This document shows, piece after piece, positions 40,346 through 53,330 of a stretch of 64,000 nt of DNA (within the stretch, counting starts at the first letter, position 1; each line of letters begins with the position of its first letter). This DNA comes from Octopus sinensis (Eukaryota), in the NCBI RefSeq assembly GCF_006345805.1, contig NC_042997.1:2728001-2792000 (forward strand), written 5' to 3'. Under the pieces are notes generated by a model, which saw nothing but the letters and a program-made list of their open reading frames with translations, made no database searches and had not been told where the DNA came from. The position numbers and the translations under genes are program-made.

Positions 40346-41123
40346 GCCCAACACACGATATGTCATAAAATAATCGCGCTAAATATTTTGTCCGACGTCC
40401 TAACTTGATAGATTAATGTTTGGATGAAATATGAAGCTGGGAGTGGAATATTCTTTGTGACATGAACCGAATAACATATTACAATCGTGTATTTCTCAAA
40501 AGCACCGCCGTTATGAAGAATAAAATTATATAACAATATTAATGCGGTGATATGATTCATGCATTCGAAATGAATTTATAACCACTTGGATAGGTCTCCG
40601 TATCGAGAATATCAATTTCCATTAAACCAATTATTCTTAAGGAAGGTTTGTTGCAGCAAACTGGAATTCGAATTATTTAAAATAAGTACCGATGATTATT
40701 TATGAAAAATTGGTTTAACACAGGTAAGCAGAGACAAAATTCAAAAGTTTTATATTTATTCTTTCCCACTTAGAGATTATAACATAACACAAACTTAACA
40801 TGATGGTATATGATAACATAATGTTATAGAGTTATCTGGAATGATTTCTTCATGAATTAGATGTAGATAGTTACAGACATGCTTAAAACTGAGAGACAAA
40901 TTTATGATGTGAAGTCGAAAGGAGGCTTTATACCTCGGCTACGTATATGCGTACGTAAGTTACGTTATACAGCAACAGTTGACAATCATATATATGTTTA
41001 ATATTATATATGAAATACATACCTTATATTCACAATGGAATATTCACAAATTCTAAGGACATATTAGATTAAGACGACTAAGTTGCTAAGTGTAGTACTA
41101 ATTAAAATTTCCCTGGCCGAAAG

Positions 41124-42381
41124 TATTTGGTTGTCAAGAAAGTTATTGCTGTTTTTAACCTTTAAATTCAGATGCACATATCTCGGCTCAAAACTTTATT
41201 AATTGAAATAAACACCCTCAGAATCAAAACACTTTTGCCAATGCGAAAAAAGTTTATTTATGCCAGTAGCGTAAAAATCCTGTCTTCTGGGCGATGAAGT
41301 CGTTGAAGGCGTGTTTGGCATCGTCTTGCTTTTTGAAGCATTTCTCACGCAGGAAGTTGAGAAAGAGGTAGTCGGTAGACGAGAAGTCTGGTGAGTATGG
41401 TGGATGAGGCAAAGTTTCGTAGCCCAATTCGTTCAACTTCTGCAGGGTCAGTTGTGCGATGTGCGGTGAGTGTTGTCGTGGAGAAGAATTGGTCTTTTCT
41501 ATTGACCATTGCTGACAGCTGTTGTCGGAGATTCTTATGTATTTCATCCATTTGCTGACAGTGCTTCTCCGCCGTAATGGTTTCGTCTCGATCCAAAAAG
41601 CTGTGATGGATGAGACCGGCCGGAGACCACCAAACAATCACCATAACCTTCTTTTGGTGTAACTTTGGCTTCGGGAACTGCTGTGGGGCTTCGTCGGCGT
41701 CCAACCAGTGAGCTGAGCGTCGCCGGTAGTTGTAAAGAATCCATTTTTCATCGCAAGTTACAATTCGTTCGAGAAACGGCTCGTTCTTGTGTAAAAGAAG
41801 GGAAAATGAATCTTCAAAATGGCCCTTTGTTTTTTTTTGGTTGTCGTTTAATTCGTGCGGCACCCATTTCTCAATTATTTTTGTTTTTCCAATCTCTTTC
41901 AAGTGGTTGGAAATTGTCGTGTACCCTACATCTAATTCAGAAGCAAGCTCTCGAATAGTTGTTCGTGGATTAGCTTTGAGTAAAGCTTATAGTTGATCGT
42001 TGTCAACCACTACGCTTATTATCATCAATACTCTCCTCACCGCTACGACAAATTTTGAACCACCATTTTGCTGTACGTTCATTAGCGGTTACTAGGCCAA
42101 ACGCATCGTTGATATCGCAAGCTGTTTCAGAAGCTTTTAGGCCTTGCTTGAACTGGAATAAGAAAATTGTGCGAATTTGCTTTTTGTCCATGTTGCATTC
42201 AACTTTCCGGGAAAAATGGCCTAATTATTCATAAAGAAACAGAATAGCTTGATCAGATAGAGCGAAAACGGGATTTAGAATGATATATAATGTCATAATA
42301 ATTTAACAAAAATTAATTTGAAAATACATAATTTAAAACCAAAATTAAAAATTCCGCAATGACTTTCATGACTACCTAATA
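41124..42381 (-). mobile_element. Full-length defective mariner (Hsmar1/cecropia-like), about 1.25 kb
   Basis: Imperfect TIRs of about 30 bp (TATTTGGTTGTCAAGAAAGTTATTGC versus reverse complement TATTAGGTAGTCATGAAAGTCATTGC). TA at 41124-5 and 42380-1. Confidence 0.92.
41254..42191 (-). pseudogene. Mariner DD34D transposase, frameshifted
   Basis: MDKKQIRTIFLFQFK start, WVPHEL, RIVTCDEKW, HPPYSPDFSSTDY; split across several frames. Confidence 0.9.
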
Positions 42382-44024
42382 ATAAAACGCCCATTTTGCT
42401 GGCATCTTTAAAATCCTTATTGATATTTGCTGTTTTGTAAATCTTTTTACTGATTTAACATTCTGAAATATATATTTCAAATTCCCTCCGTTTAAAACAA
42501 TGTAGTTTTAAACGACACTGGGTGATGAGAATTCTTTAGTCATATAACATTAAATGTGAATTAATCCAAAAATATTAACGCACATAAATCGAACAATAAT
42601 ATTTAAAGAAATAAAGAAAAGAATTACAGATAAATTCTGAAAGCTCGAGTAAGCATGGTGAAAATATTCTTTAATAGTCTTTGGAATATTTAATTATAAT
42701 TTTAATTTTATCGCAATCAAATTATACACAACCAAATGTAGTACAATAATTATATTGTAATCTTCCAAACAGAGTAACAAATAGAAATAAAATTGAAAAT
42801 TCAAATCATTAATCCATTAAATTTGTGGTATAAAAATGAAAATTAAGAAGACATCGCAAAATCATTTGAAAAACATAGCATATAAATCGTAGATCGGAGG
42901 AATGTATTGAAAGGAGCGATTTAGGATTTAAAAATTTTATCTACAACGCCTTTCGTCTTGCACAAAATGCAGTCATGTATATAAACAATACTCCAGATGC
43001 AATAAGTGAAAGTGAAAGAGAGCGCGGATATGGAAGAGCGATAAATCGACTTTTGCTGCACAACTAAGTGTAGAAAGAAAGCGAAAGGGAAAGGATAGTT
43101 TTGTGTATGGCAAATACATGCAGACATCAAATCAAGATATTTTGTGGTACAATTATATAAATTTTACATGAAAAGACTGTTTTTTTTAAACCTCAACTGT
43201 TGAGATCTTCAAATATGTAACGTTGATCATAACAGAATATCTTTGCTCTCTAAGCAATGCCTGCTCTTTATCAACAAGAACTAATCTACATCATTGGGTG
43301 CAGACAATCTTGCAGGTGGTCTATGAGATATTTTCTTCTAAAGAGTTGTCTAAACTAAGATAATGTGATTCTCACTCACAACTGGTTGATGGTCTTTAAC
43401 TTATCCAAAGAACTAACAATAAATAAATGAAGAGCAAATTTTGAAGTATATTGCTGAATTTGTTCAATGGCTCTACAACATTGCGAGAAAAGTATACTTT
43501 TCCAAATACAATACAAATCTATCAAAGATTTCAATGTGATATGCTGTAACTGGCAGGCTATCATGCTGTGTCGTCAGGCTACTTTTCAAACATGCATAAT
43601 AGGTCATCGTATGTTGTTAGCTTTAATCCACAGTGAGGAGAATATATTCCTCTATTCAAATGATTAATTATTGTAAAGTGCGTTAGAATAAATTTTAAAT
43701 AAATTAATTTATTGTTTAGCTGGTTGTGATGCATGATTCTAAGTCTTGTAAAAGGTAGTAACTGCAGTTTTGCAGATATTAATCAGTAGACATTGGTATA
43801 TACCGTCAAATACACTGCGACAAGTGTGCATGACGGGATCTGAAAAGAGATTGTGATGCTATCTCTATTAGATGTGGCTATGGCGTACTTGATCACATTT
43901 TTGCTCATGCACTTCAGTAAACAACAACTACAGCTAGTGGATTTAACTTGGTTTACCAGTTCATTCCCAGAGATTCAAGTACAAAGTTCAATGCACCTTG
44001 TTGCTTATAAACACACAACACACA

Positions 44025-44063
<39 letters not shown>

Positions 44064-44479
44064 CACACACATACATTCACATATATATATATATATAATT
44101 TATATAGAGATCAGTGTGCAATGTTTTACCAAAAGGGAAAACTCTAAATGTCATTAAATATGTATGCTTACACATGACATTTAGTTATCTATTTAAGGGG
44201 TATTTGCCGGCAGGTTTATCATTTTAATATCTCGTGTTAATATTTAGTCTTTGGGTCACGTGGACGAACATAATTCCATTAACTCAATTAGACCGAAGAG
44301 AGTATTAAAACAGAAAAATTACAGAAACCTGATAGAAGAAATGTTAGAAAATTTTAACTGATTCACGCATTTGTTTCATAATGGAATTAAACATCATTGT
44401 TGCTTTATACATTGAAATGAATGTCATGGTGACACAACGCATAGAATACACATGTCATTTATTTCAGTTCATTTTGCAG

Positions 44480-44578
44480 CTTCGGAATAAAACGCTTAAA
44501 CACACAGTAAAACAACAAAGCAGATTTGTCAATGAAATGAGAAGCAACAGAGCGCTGGAGCCTGTTGTATTCTAGAAG
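44480..44578 (+). other. Candidate 99-nt non-coding or terminal exon
   Basis: Acceptor ttcattttgcag| and donor AAG|gtgagt. All three frames contain a stop. Confidence 0.15.
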
Positions 44579-45128
44579 GTGAGTGGGAAAGGGCAAAAGA
44601 GAAATGTAAACAAAGAAAAGCCGATAACCAGATTTGTGCATGTCGCAATGATTGAAAGTGCAAGCTGATTTGAAGAACGTGTTTGCGTTCCTCACAAATC
44701 CATCGACATTATACAGTGAAATGATATAATAAAGAAACCACCATTCATTAAGGCAATATACAGTGGTCCCACAATAATATAAACTTGAATTATGAGAGTC
44801 GTGAACAATCCGCCTCACATGAGTTTTCTAAGAAAATATCGCCATATTAGGTACAAGAGAGATAGTTGCTGTTATTCCTGGAGAAGTGGAATGTCGGTAG
44901 TTGCTAAAAGACACATGCTGCTATATTTGATTGACAAAGTATGAATTGCGAAACAAACAGAGATTGGTTTACTGGAGGTGGAAGGAGAAAAATCTTCGTC
45001 ATGGGTATGTAATGTCATCAAAGAAAGAGGAAAAGAGGATGTCACTTCCGTTACAAACTGGTCTTCATTACTTTGAAAACATTATATAACGGATGCTACA
45101 CACGCATACCTACACATACATACATAAA

Positions 45129-46985
45129 TATGTCCGCACACCTCGCATTGCCACAATTTACTTCCTCTCCAAAATCCACAAACTTAACAACCCTGGCCGT
45201 ACCATCCTCTCCGGTGGCATCTGCCCCACCGATCTCATCTCCAGATATCTTGATCGTGTCCATGTCCCCCCCTGGCTTCCCTACACTCTCACATCCATGA
45301 CACCAACCATGCTTTTTGTTTGTTCAACTCTTTCTCCTTCCCACCTGACCCCTCTAAACTTCTCTTCACTCTTGACATCAAGAGTATATACACAGTGATC
45401 CCTCACCACGAGGGGCTGCGTGCACTCCGGCATATCATATCATTGACCTTCGACCCAGTACCCAATCTAACACGTCCATAATCCTTCGTCTGGCCAAACT
45501 CATCCTCTCATTTAACAGTTTCTCATTCGCGGCTGAGTTTTACCAGCAGGTATCGCTGTTCGTTGGCTACGTTGAGGCCCAAATATTCCCCAGTTTCCCT
45601 GGTCCCATTCCTGAACTATGTGGTCGTTATATTGACGAATGTATCAGTGCGATCTCACTCTCCCGCGAAAAGTTAAACTCTTTCTTCTCTTTTGTCAAGT
45701 CTTTCCATCCTGCCCTACACTTCTCCTGCACTATTTCCGACACCTCAGTCGCATTTCTCGACATTTCGGTCAGCATTCATCACTCCACTCTCACCACTTC
45801 CATCCACTACAAACACACAGACTCACACTCATACCTCAACTTCTCCTCCAACCCCAAACACACAAAGCTCTCCATCCCCTATTCCCAATTCCTCCGTCTA
45901 CGCTGGCTTTGCAGTGACAACCATCTCTTTTAGACTCAGTCTCAAATCATGGCTCGCCACTTCAGGCTACATAGATTTCTCCTCACCACTATCCACACAG
46001 CCCTTGCCTGATCACGTTCCGTACACCGTACATCTTCTCTCTCCCTCAGCACCAGACCCGCCGACACCCGTCCCCCGTTTCACCTCACCTACCACCTGAC
46101 CACCTTATCTCTCCAACGCACCATTCTCCGAACCTTCGGCGACTACAGTCCGCCCCCTCCACTTCGCAAATATTCTCTAACTGACCCATCCTTCTAACGA
46201 ACCCACAACGTACGAGACCTCTTGGACCACAGATTCTTCCCTCACCCAACCTCCCAACCCGGCTCGTTTTCCTGCTTCCCCCACGCAGCCGCACTTGCCC
46301 TTACCTCTCCAACACATCCCTCCTCACTGACACCCATCGCCGACCCTATTATATCACTGACTCCTACACCTGCACGTCTAGCAACATCATCTACTGCATC
46401 ACCTACTCTCTCTATCCTTCTCTATACATCGGTCAAACGGGACGGCGATGGCTGACCGGTTTGCGGAACGCTTCGGAGACATCCGATTCGGCAATGACAC
46501 CCGGTCTAGCGCCATTTCGCCCTACCAGTCACTCTTTACAAAATATGTCTGTGTTTAAATTGTCCTTGCACAAGGTCCATCCGGTCTCCTGTCTTCATCG
46601 TGAGCAGCAGAGATAAATATTCTCTCTTCGTTCCTTTGCGCCACATGGGCTCAAATCTCCTTCCCTCTTCATCTAACCCTCCTCCTCTCTCCTCAATTTC
46701 TCTCTCACCTACTTCCTCCCACTCACACCTTCGTTTTGGGATCCCCACTAATTTGTTATCTCCCCTTCTTCCTTGCCCACCTGTGTGACCCATCTTTCCG
46801 GCATTCGCCATAATAGATAGATAGCCACTAAACAGTTTTCTACTTTCTCTCCCTGTTTATATCTGTGTTCCTCTCTGTCGAAGAGCGTAAGCTCGAAACG
46901 TAAAAGACTTTCTCCCTTCCCTAGCGTTAAACTAATACATCTCTTTGTTGTCTGCACGCCTGACTTCTTTGTTTTTTTTTGTAAA
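45129..46985 (+). mobile_element. 5'-truncated autonomous-type Penelope element: RT, GIY-YIG, 3' UTR
   Basis: IYFLSKIHK.NNPGR, LFTLDIKSIYTVIPH, GRYIDE, AFLDISV, IPYSQFLRLR, then TCTSSNIIYCIT..LYIGQTGRR. Frameshifts and an internal deletion at the MG motif. Ends at (TA)n. Confidence 0.92.
46870..46907 (+). ncRNA. Hammerhead-like motif with CTGTCGA core (A6U)
   Basis: CTGTCGA-A-GAGC gtaa GCTC-GAAA-CGT-A-AAAGA. 4-bp stem II with a GNRA loop; stem I imperfect in this copy. Confidence 0.5.
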
Positions 46986-47057
46986 TTCTCACTATATATA
47001 TATATATATATTATATATATATATATATATATGTATATACGTATATGTGTATGCATG

Positions 47058-47097
<40 letters not shown>

Positions 47098-48131
47098 CAT
47101 ATATGTAAATGTATGTATATATGTGTGGGCGTATGTGTTTGTGTGCGCGTGTGTACGCAAACGCATATACACACAGACATTGAACGGAATGATATATTGA
47201 AGCAAGTTAAATTTGCACAGACAGATTATCATAAACCTTATTATGAAATATAGCGTCAAAAATATATTTAGAATGATATCAGATAGAAACAGTTTTATTC
47301 TAAGCGCCAGTGATTTTGTGTGAAATATAACTAGTAATATATAACATGGACCAATGCGTTCCAATATATCCAGACGTAAAATATGATATATACACTCCTT
47401 TGCATACCTGGAAAGTACTTATTTTCCAATAACTATGAAATTACAATTCCTTCTGAGTAGTGAATGCAATATATCAAATTCACACACATTCACACACAAC
47501 CACAGGCACACATAAACACTCACTCACACACACAAACACACACACACATATCTGCATATATATACATTTGTAAGCTATTATACAATCTTAGTTTAATAGT
47601 TTACCTCCCTCTCATGATTTCATATGTGCTTACATATATTTACTTCGTTCAGCTGAATATTTCTCTTGATATATATATATATAATCCTGATACGCCCTTA
47701 TATATGTGCGTGAAAGTTTGTTTGTATGTGTGTGTGTGTTAGTGAAGTTCAAGCACGAATAAGAATGACGAGGTTTGAGATGTATGTTAATGGCACCCCA
47801 CCTGACAAGTGAAAGTTTGAAAGCGAATAGCGTATTAGTTCCACAACCTAAACTTACTTTATGTGAAGTGAAAACACAATGCATTATCAGAAATATCGCA
47901 AAACATCTGCTCTTACATTCTTGCACCTTCGCCTATCTGAGGCGGTGATTAGAATGTTTTCAGTTAACGCTATGATGAAATGCTAAACTATGAAATGGAC
48001 ATTGAAGTATTTGTCCCCTCAACGATCTAGCTCAGGTCTGTGACATTAGATGCCGTATGTCAACTTCCATATATATGATTATGAGGAACCGCACATGCTT
48101 CTTCATGCAAAATGAAAACCATGAATTAAGA

Positions 48132-48196
48132 TACTCTTATACTCTTTTACTTGTTTCAGTCATTTGACTGCGGCCATGCTGGAGCACCGCCTTAAG
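48132..48196 (-). mobile_element. SINE family A 3' end
   Basis: Reverse complement of GGCGGTGCTCCAGCATGGCCGCAGTCAAATGACTGAAACAAGTAAAAGAG. Confidence 0.85.
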
Positions 48197-49089
48197 ATGT
48201 AATATAAGCCTAAATTTATACGATGGATCTATCTACGAATTCTCGATCTGCGACATTAGAACTGTACCATGGGCTATTTGACATTTGTGCGGTGAAAATT
48301 TTGACAAAGCATGAATGAAATAAATTTAAAATGAAATAATGTATTTTTAAATAGCTTTTCAACATTTTACATATAGATTTATATGTATGTATGTGTATAT
48401 ATGAGTGTGTAAATCTTTTTTTTTTTTAATACATATTTTTGCCTGCATTTACGAATATGTATATGCGTGCATATCTGGTCGCTTATCAACGCTACTGGTA
48501 ATTTTTAACCCAGTATTATTTGTTGCATAGTCTAAATGTGACCGACTACACGAGCAATTTCACCAACCTTGCTTATTGAAGGATATCATTTTGGATACAC
48601 CTATGGAAATATCCTTGAACATTATACAAATGATGCTTGTTGCTGTCAGTCTAGATAAGTGCTGACAGACAATTCATCAACGCATATAATCGTATTGGGG
48701 GGGGGCTGTTATCGGGGTCCTTTAGTAAGCATCTAAACCCTCCCTGGAATGTGGCGTTCTTAAGAGATTATATCTATTGCGGCTGAAGTCTTCGCGTAGT
48801 TAGACTACATTAAAGTAGACGTCTCTCAACATAACGTTCTGAATAAAGGGCGTTATATTGCGTCCTACGTTCTGTTGCCACCAACCCCACGTCCATTCAA
48901 TCCTTCGTAACTCTTAATTTTCTCTGGAAATTTCAACTATATTGTATCACACAGGAATATATAACAAAATTTAAAATTATATATAGCATAATTATAGCTA
49001 TTAAAAGTATGGTTGAAAGTATTTTCCTATCCTTAATTTGTAATAAATTAATTATGGATATGCAAACAACACACGAAATTCCACTGTGT

Positions 49090-50220
49090 AAGAAGTGGGT
49101 TACCCAAAAGAAAGCGGGATTTTGCGATAGTAATTATTTCACTTAGACACGTTTACACTTTTTATCGCCTTCAAAATATCCTCCATTTGAAGCAATGTGT
49201 CAGTCCAGACGCATTTTCCACTGCCTGAAGCTGTCCTTGAACTGTTGCGAAGTCATTACGTTTAACGCTTTCTTTAATCATTCTTTCGTTTGGAGCAGAG
49301 AAAAAAAAGGTCGAGGGAGTAATATCGGATGGATTTGGAGGGTGGGTAAGCAGGCTCAAGCCACTTTTGGTCAAAAACTCTCACACGCAAGGCAGTGTGC
49401 GCTGGCGCATTGTCGTGTTGAAAACACTATTTCCACTTTGTCACAGATCGTCACATGTTCTACTCACCGCGTATTGCAAACGCTTTAGAGCTGGCAGTTT
49501 GACATGGAGGAACAAATATTGTGAGTACAATTCTTTTTCCATAGATAAAACAAACCAGCATCGTCATGACATTGGACTTCACTTGACGCGCTCTTCGGGA
49601 CCGTGGTAATATTGAATGCTTTCACTGACTTGATTGCTCTTTCGTTTCTGGGTCAATATCCTGATGAACTTATAACTGTTCTTTTAGTTCACGACACACA
49701 TCCAGTCGTGATTGCTTTTAATTTACCTTGAGTAAGCGAGACACAAATTTTGTTGCAAATCTTTTCATTCGCTATTCCTGGATCGAAATCATTGGCAGGG
49801 ACTCCAGAACAGACACGTCATATCTACAAGTTCGTGAATTCACCAGCGATGGTCCACCAAGATCAGCTCATAAATTTTCGTGATGTTTCCATGAGTTCGG
49901 GAGGAGGTCGACGATTGTCCTGAAGGATGTTGGACTTCAAGCGGTAAGTGACCATTCCTAAAACATTAAAACCGCTCGTAAACTTGTGATTTTCGAATGG
50001 CAGCGTCCCTGTCAGCGATTTGAAGCATGATATTTGTTTCGGCAACCGTTTTCGCCAGCAGAAAGCAGTCTTTCACAGACGAACGCTGTTCTTTCGTTTC
50101 AGCCATCGCAAAAATTCGACGAACAGTGGTGAAGCATTGCAAAACAAAGACGCAACAAGTGGCACTTGGACTACACTCGACGATACCGGGTGATAGGCTT
50201 ATGCCAGAGGGTCATGTCGG
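49090..50220 (-). mobile_element. Internally deleted mariner remnant (different subfamily from 41124)
   Basis: Minus strand CFLLAKTVAETNIMLQ..KSQVYERF (HTH region), QHDNAPAHTALRV and THPPNPSDITP (YSPDLAP-like). No paired TIRs found. Confidence 0.8.
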
Positions 50221-51419
50221 TGTATATATGTATGTAAATGTATGTATGATGTATGAATATGTATATGTACCCACATATTCATACATACAAACTCATATAC
50301 ATATATACATATGAATGCATGTATGTTTGCATGTATGTCTCTACATATATGTGTGTAGAAGCATTTGCGGAAGAATATTCACATGCATATGCACATGTAG
50401 TGAGAGAAGCACAGGGAGTGAGGGAGCGACAGACAAAAAGAGCAACAGAGAGACAAAAGAGAGACAATAAACGCAGATAAATATAATTAGCGGTATATGG
50501 AATCGAACCCTGTTTTTTTTTCATTCACTCTTGAAACCAACACTTATGTCTGCATACGTTTGTAAATCTCTATTCTCGGCGGTAAAGATGTTTTTGGTTT
50601 TGAAGTCTTGCGTGCTATGTTACTTTTATAAATTTCGTGTCAGGGATGGCCCATGCTTTCTATTTTATTATACATTATAGGAACTAGATGCGTTGTTCGA
50701 TACGTTAGCAAGTCCTGCCTAGTAAATTCAGATTAATGGAGCACGCACAAATATTTCAGATGTGCATAGAAATATGTGTATATAATTGTATGTATGCTTA
50801 TCTGTAAGTACACACACACACAGACACACACACATACACACACACACACACATACATACACACACATATGTGTAAAGAGAAAGAAAGAGGAGACAAGGAG
50901 ACAGACACGCAGAGACAAAGATAAAGAATGAGAGCGCTGCGCTGCGAATATTTATATATGTTTAGGCTGCATTAATGATCATCACTGAGATGTTTGGAGA
51001 AAGTCAGTTCCGATTCTAGAATATATAAACAATTTTCGCTTCGATATCTTTAATTCCGCTCTGATAAATCCCAGGCATATATTGCTATATGTTTTATATA
51101 TTATTGATATCTATCTATTCAAGGAAACCGACGTCTATATACACTTTCAGTTATTACTTAGAGCTTAGTTCTTAGGTAGTTCCACTATATGTGGAACATT
51201 CTTATCATTGAGACAATAAGTGGTTTTAAAATTCTAAATTATGTTTATGCCTACTGCCAGTTTCAGGATTCTAGTTTTTAAAACTGCTGCTCAAGAAAAT
51301 AAATAATTTCTTTATGGGTACATTACGTACCATATATTCTGAATCAAAGTTAATCGTCGAGGCGTCTGGAAATTTTTTTGTTGAATATTCAAAAACAAAA
51401 AAGAAAACCTATACATCTC

Positions 51420-51765
51420 TTTTCTTTTACTTTTTTCAGTTATTTCGTGGTGACCATGCTGGGGCACTGCCTTAAAGGGAGCCTTTTTTTATTTTTAAAG
51501 GTGACGTTAACATACCATCACCAGTTGTGAAACTTGTGGACATACCAAAGACACACACACACACACACACACGCGCGCTCACACACACATTTATGCATGA
51601 ATTTACACGACGGGCTTCTTTGAATTTTCCTCTAACAAATCTATTCACAACAATTTGGACGACGCGAATTTATAGTAGAAGATACCTTCCCGAGATGCCA
51701 GGCAGTGAGATTGAACCCAGAACCACGTGGTTCAAAGCATAATTCTTACCACAGAGCAACGCTTG
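51420..51765 (-). mobile_element. Degenerate SINE family A
   Basis: Diverged head at 51610-51765 and 3' end at 51420-51475. Confidence 0.65.
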
Positions 51766-52399
51766 GTGTATTTTTGATTTGGGTTTCATAGCATTTATAC
51801 ATTTGTTAATCATATTAATATGTCAATTAAATACTTCTTATTCCCATATCAGATGCATGCGTTGTTGATATATGTGTGTGTGTGTGTGTGTGTGTGCGTG
51901 TGCTTGCGTATGTATGTGTGTGTGTGTGTGTGTGTGGTGTGTGTGTGTGTGTGTGTAAAGCGTGATTTGATCATATGAGCAAGCAATTATTGATCACCCA
52001 TTCATATGCGGCACGAATAACGATGCTAATAATAACGAATTTATTTTATGTATTATTGATATTTTTCTATTTGCATATTGAATGCATATATTGTTTTGTA
52101 CATATCTATTGTAAATCTCGTGGCTTGAAATTTTGGAATTTATGTCAGTTCAGAAAATTATGTGCAATTACAAAAAAAACAATGAACTATATAATAAATA
52201 TACAATAGTCTTTATTAATGATAGCTAGTAAAATAGTGAAAGTGAAATTATTTAGTGCTAACCTTTAAGATTATTTACTTACTGGTCTCATTTGTAATTA
52301 GATACTAAATTTTTCTCTAGAATACGACATCGCCGTGTTCAGTTCAACTGACTTAGAGCAATATTGTAATATTGTTTCCTTAATTAATCTATTTAACTT

Positions 52400-53330
52400 T
52401 GCAGATATTGATATACTCCAGCAGTCTACTATTTTGCCATTGTTTCTAATTCAATACAAGCACTGCTATTGTCTGTTAGATGGAAATGCATTTATCGTAA
52501 ATAATGCTACGGCATCATCGACCGCATACACATTGCATAAGTATTTGAAATATAAATTGTTGACGATGTTGGATATGTCGAACATATTGCCTTTTCTACA
52601 AAACATACTTAAACATGTTATACCAAAATAGAAATATGTTAATCTAGAGCTTAACACAATATTGCATGTCTTTCTATGGCATAGTAATTTATATTGCCCG
52701 ATATTCTATCATTAATAGCTTTTACTGAAAATAGCTGAAATATTCTTGATCAAGTATATTGTATATTGTCCTTGTATTTCCTATTGGCTTTTAACAATAT
52801 TTATTGATTATTGCATTTATTAAACTCTGAATGTATATATCTGTTCCTTTGTGCCAGTTTCTATAATGTAGGTTACTAAAAATAATCACCTGAGCAAACA
52901 TGCCCAACTAATTTCTCAATAATTGTTAGTTGTTAATATTGTCCAGTCAGTAATAAGCCATATGCCTGATCAATTCCAATGAAATCTATGTGTCATCATT
53001 GCGTTCGCCCAATAGCCTTGTGTAAATTGATATACGAACGTGCCAGACACCGGCGTATATATTCACATTGACTTTTCTTTATGAAAATGTATTTTGCAAA
53101 CGAAGTATGTCGAAATATCTATTGATCGGTCGGCAGTACCATTGGCAATTCTAGTTTTTATATTTTTCCTTACTCTCAGATTTATAGCCGACCGTCTACA
53201 CCAGTCTAACTAGTACATCATAATAACAATGTTGGAGAGAAAATTCATGACTGAAAAATACATCAATCATAATCAGTGCAGAAACTACATTTATATTTAA
53301 AGCAATTATACTCGTCCGCTATTTATATTA
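52400..53330 (-). mobile_element. Possible very old LINE RT remnant
   Basis: Weak, correctly ordered echoes of RT motifs (IGIDQAY, then VYAVDDAV); heavily degenerate. Confidence 0.25.

Noticed and set aside
44459-44818. 119-aa minus-strand ORF
   Set aside because: No domain similarity, and its length is within chance expectation for 64 kb.
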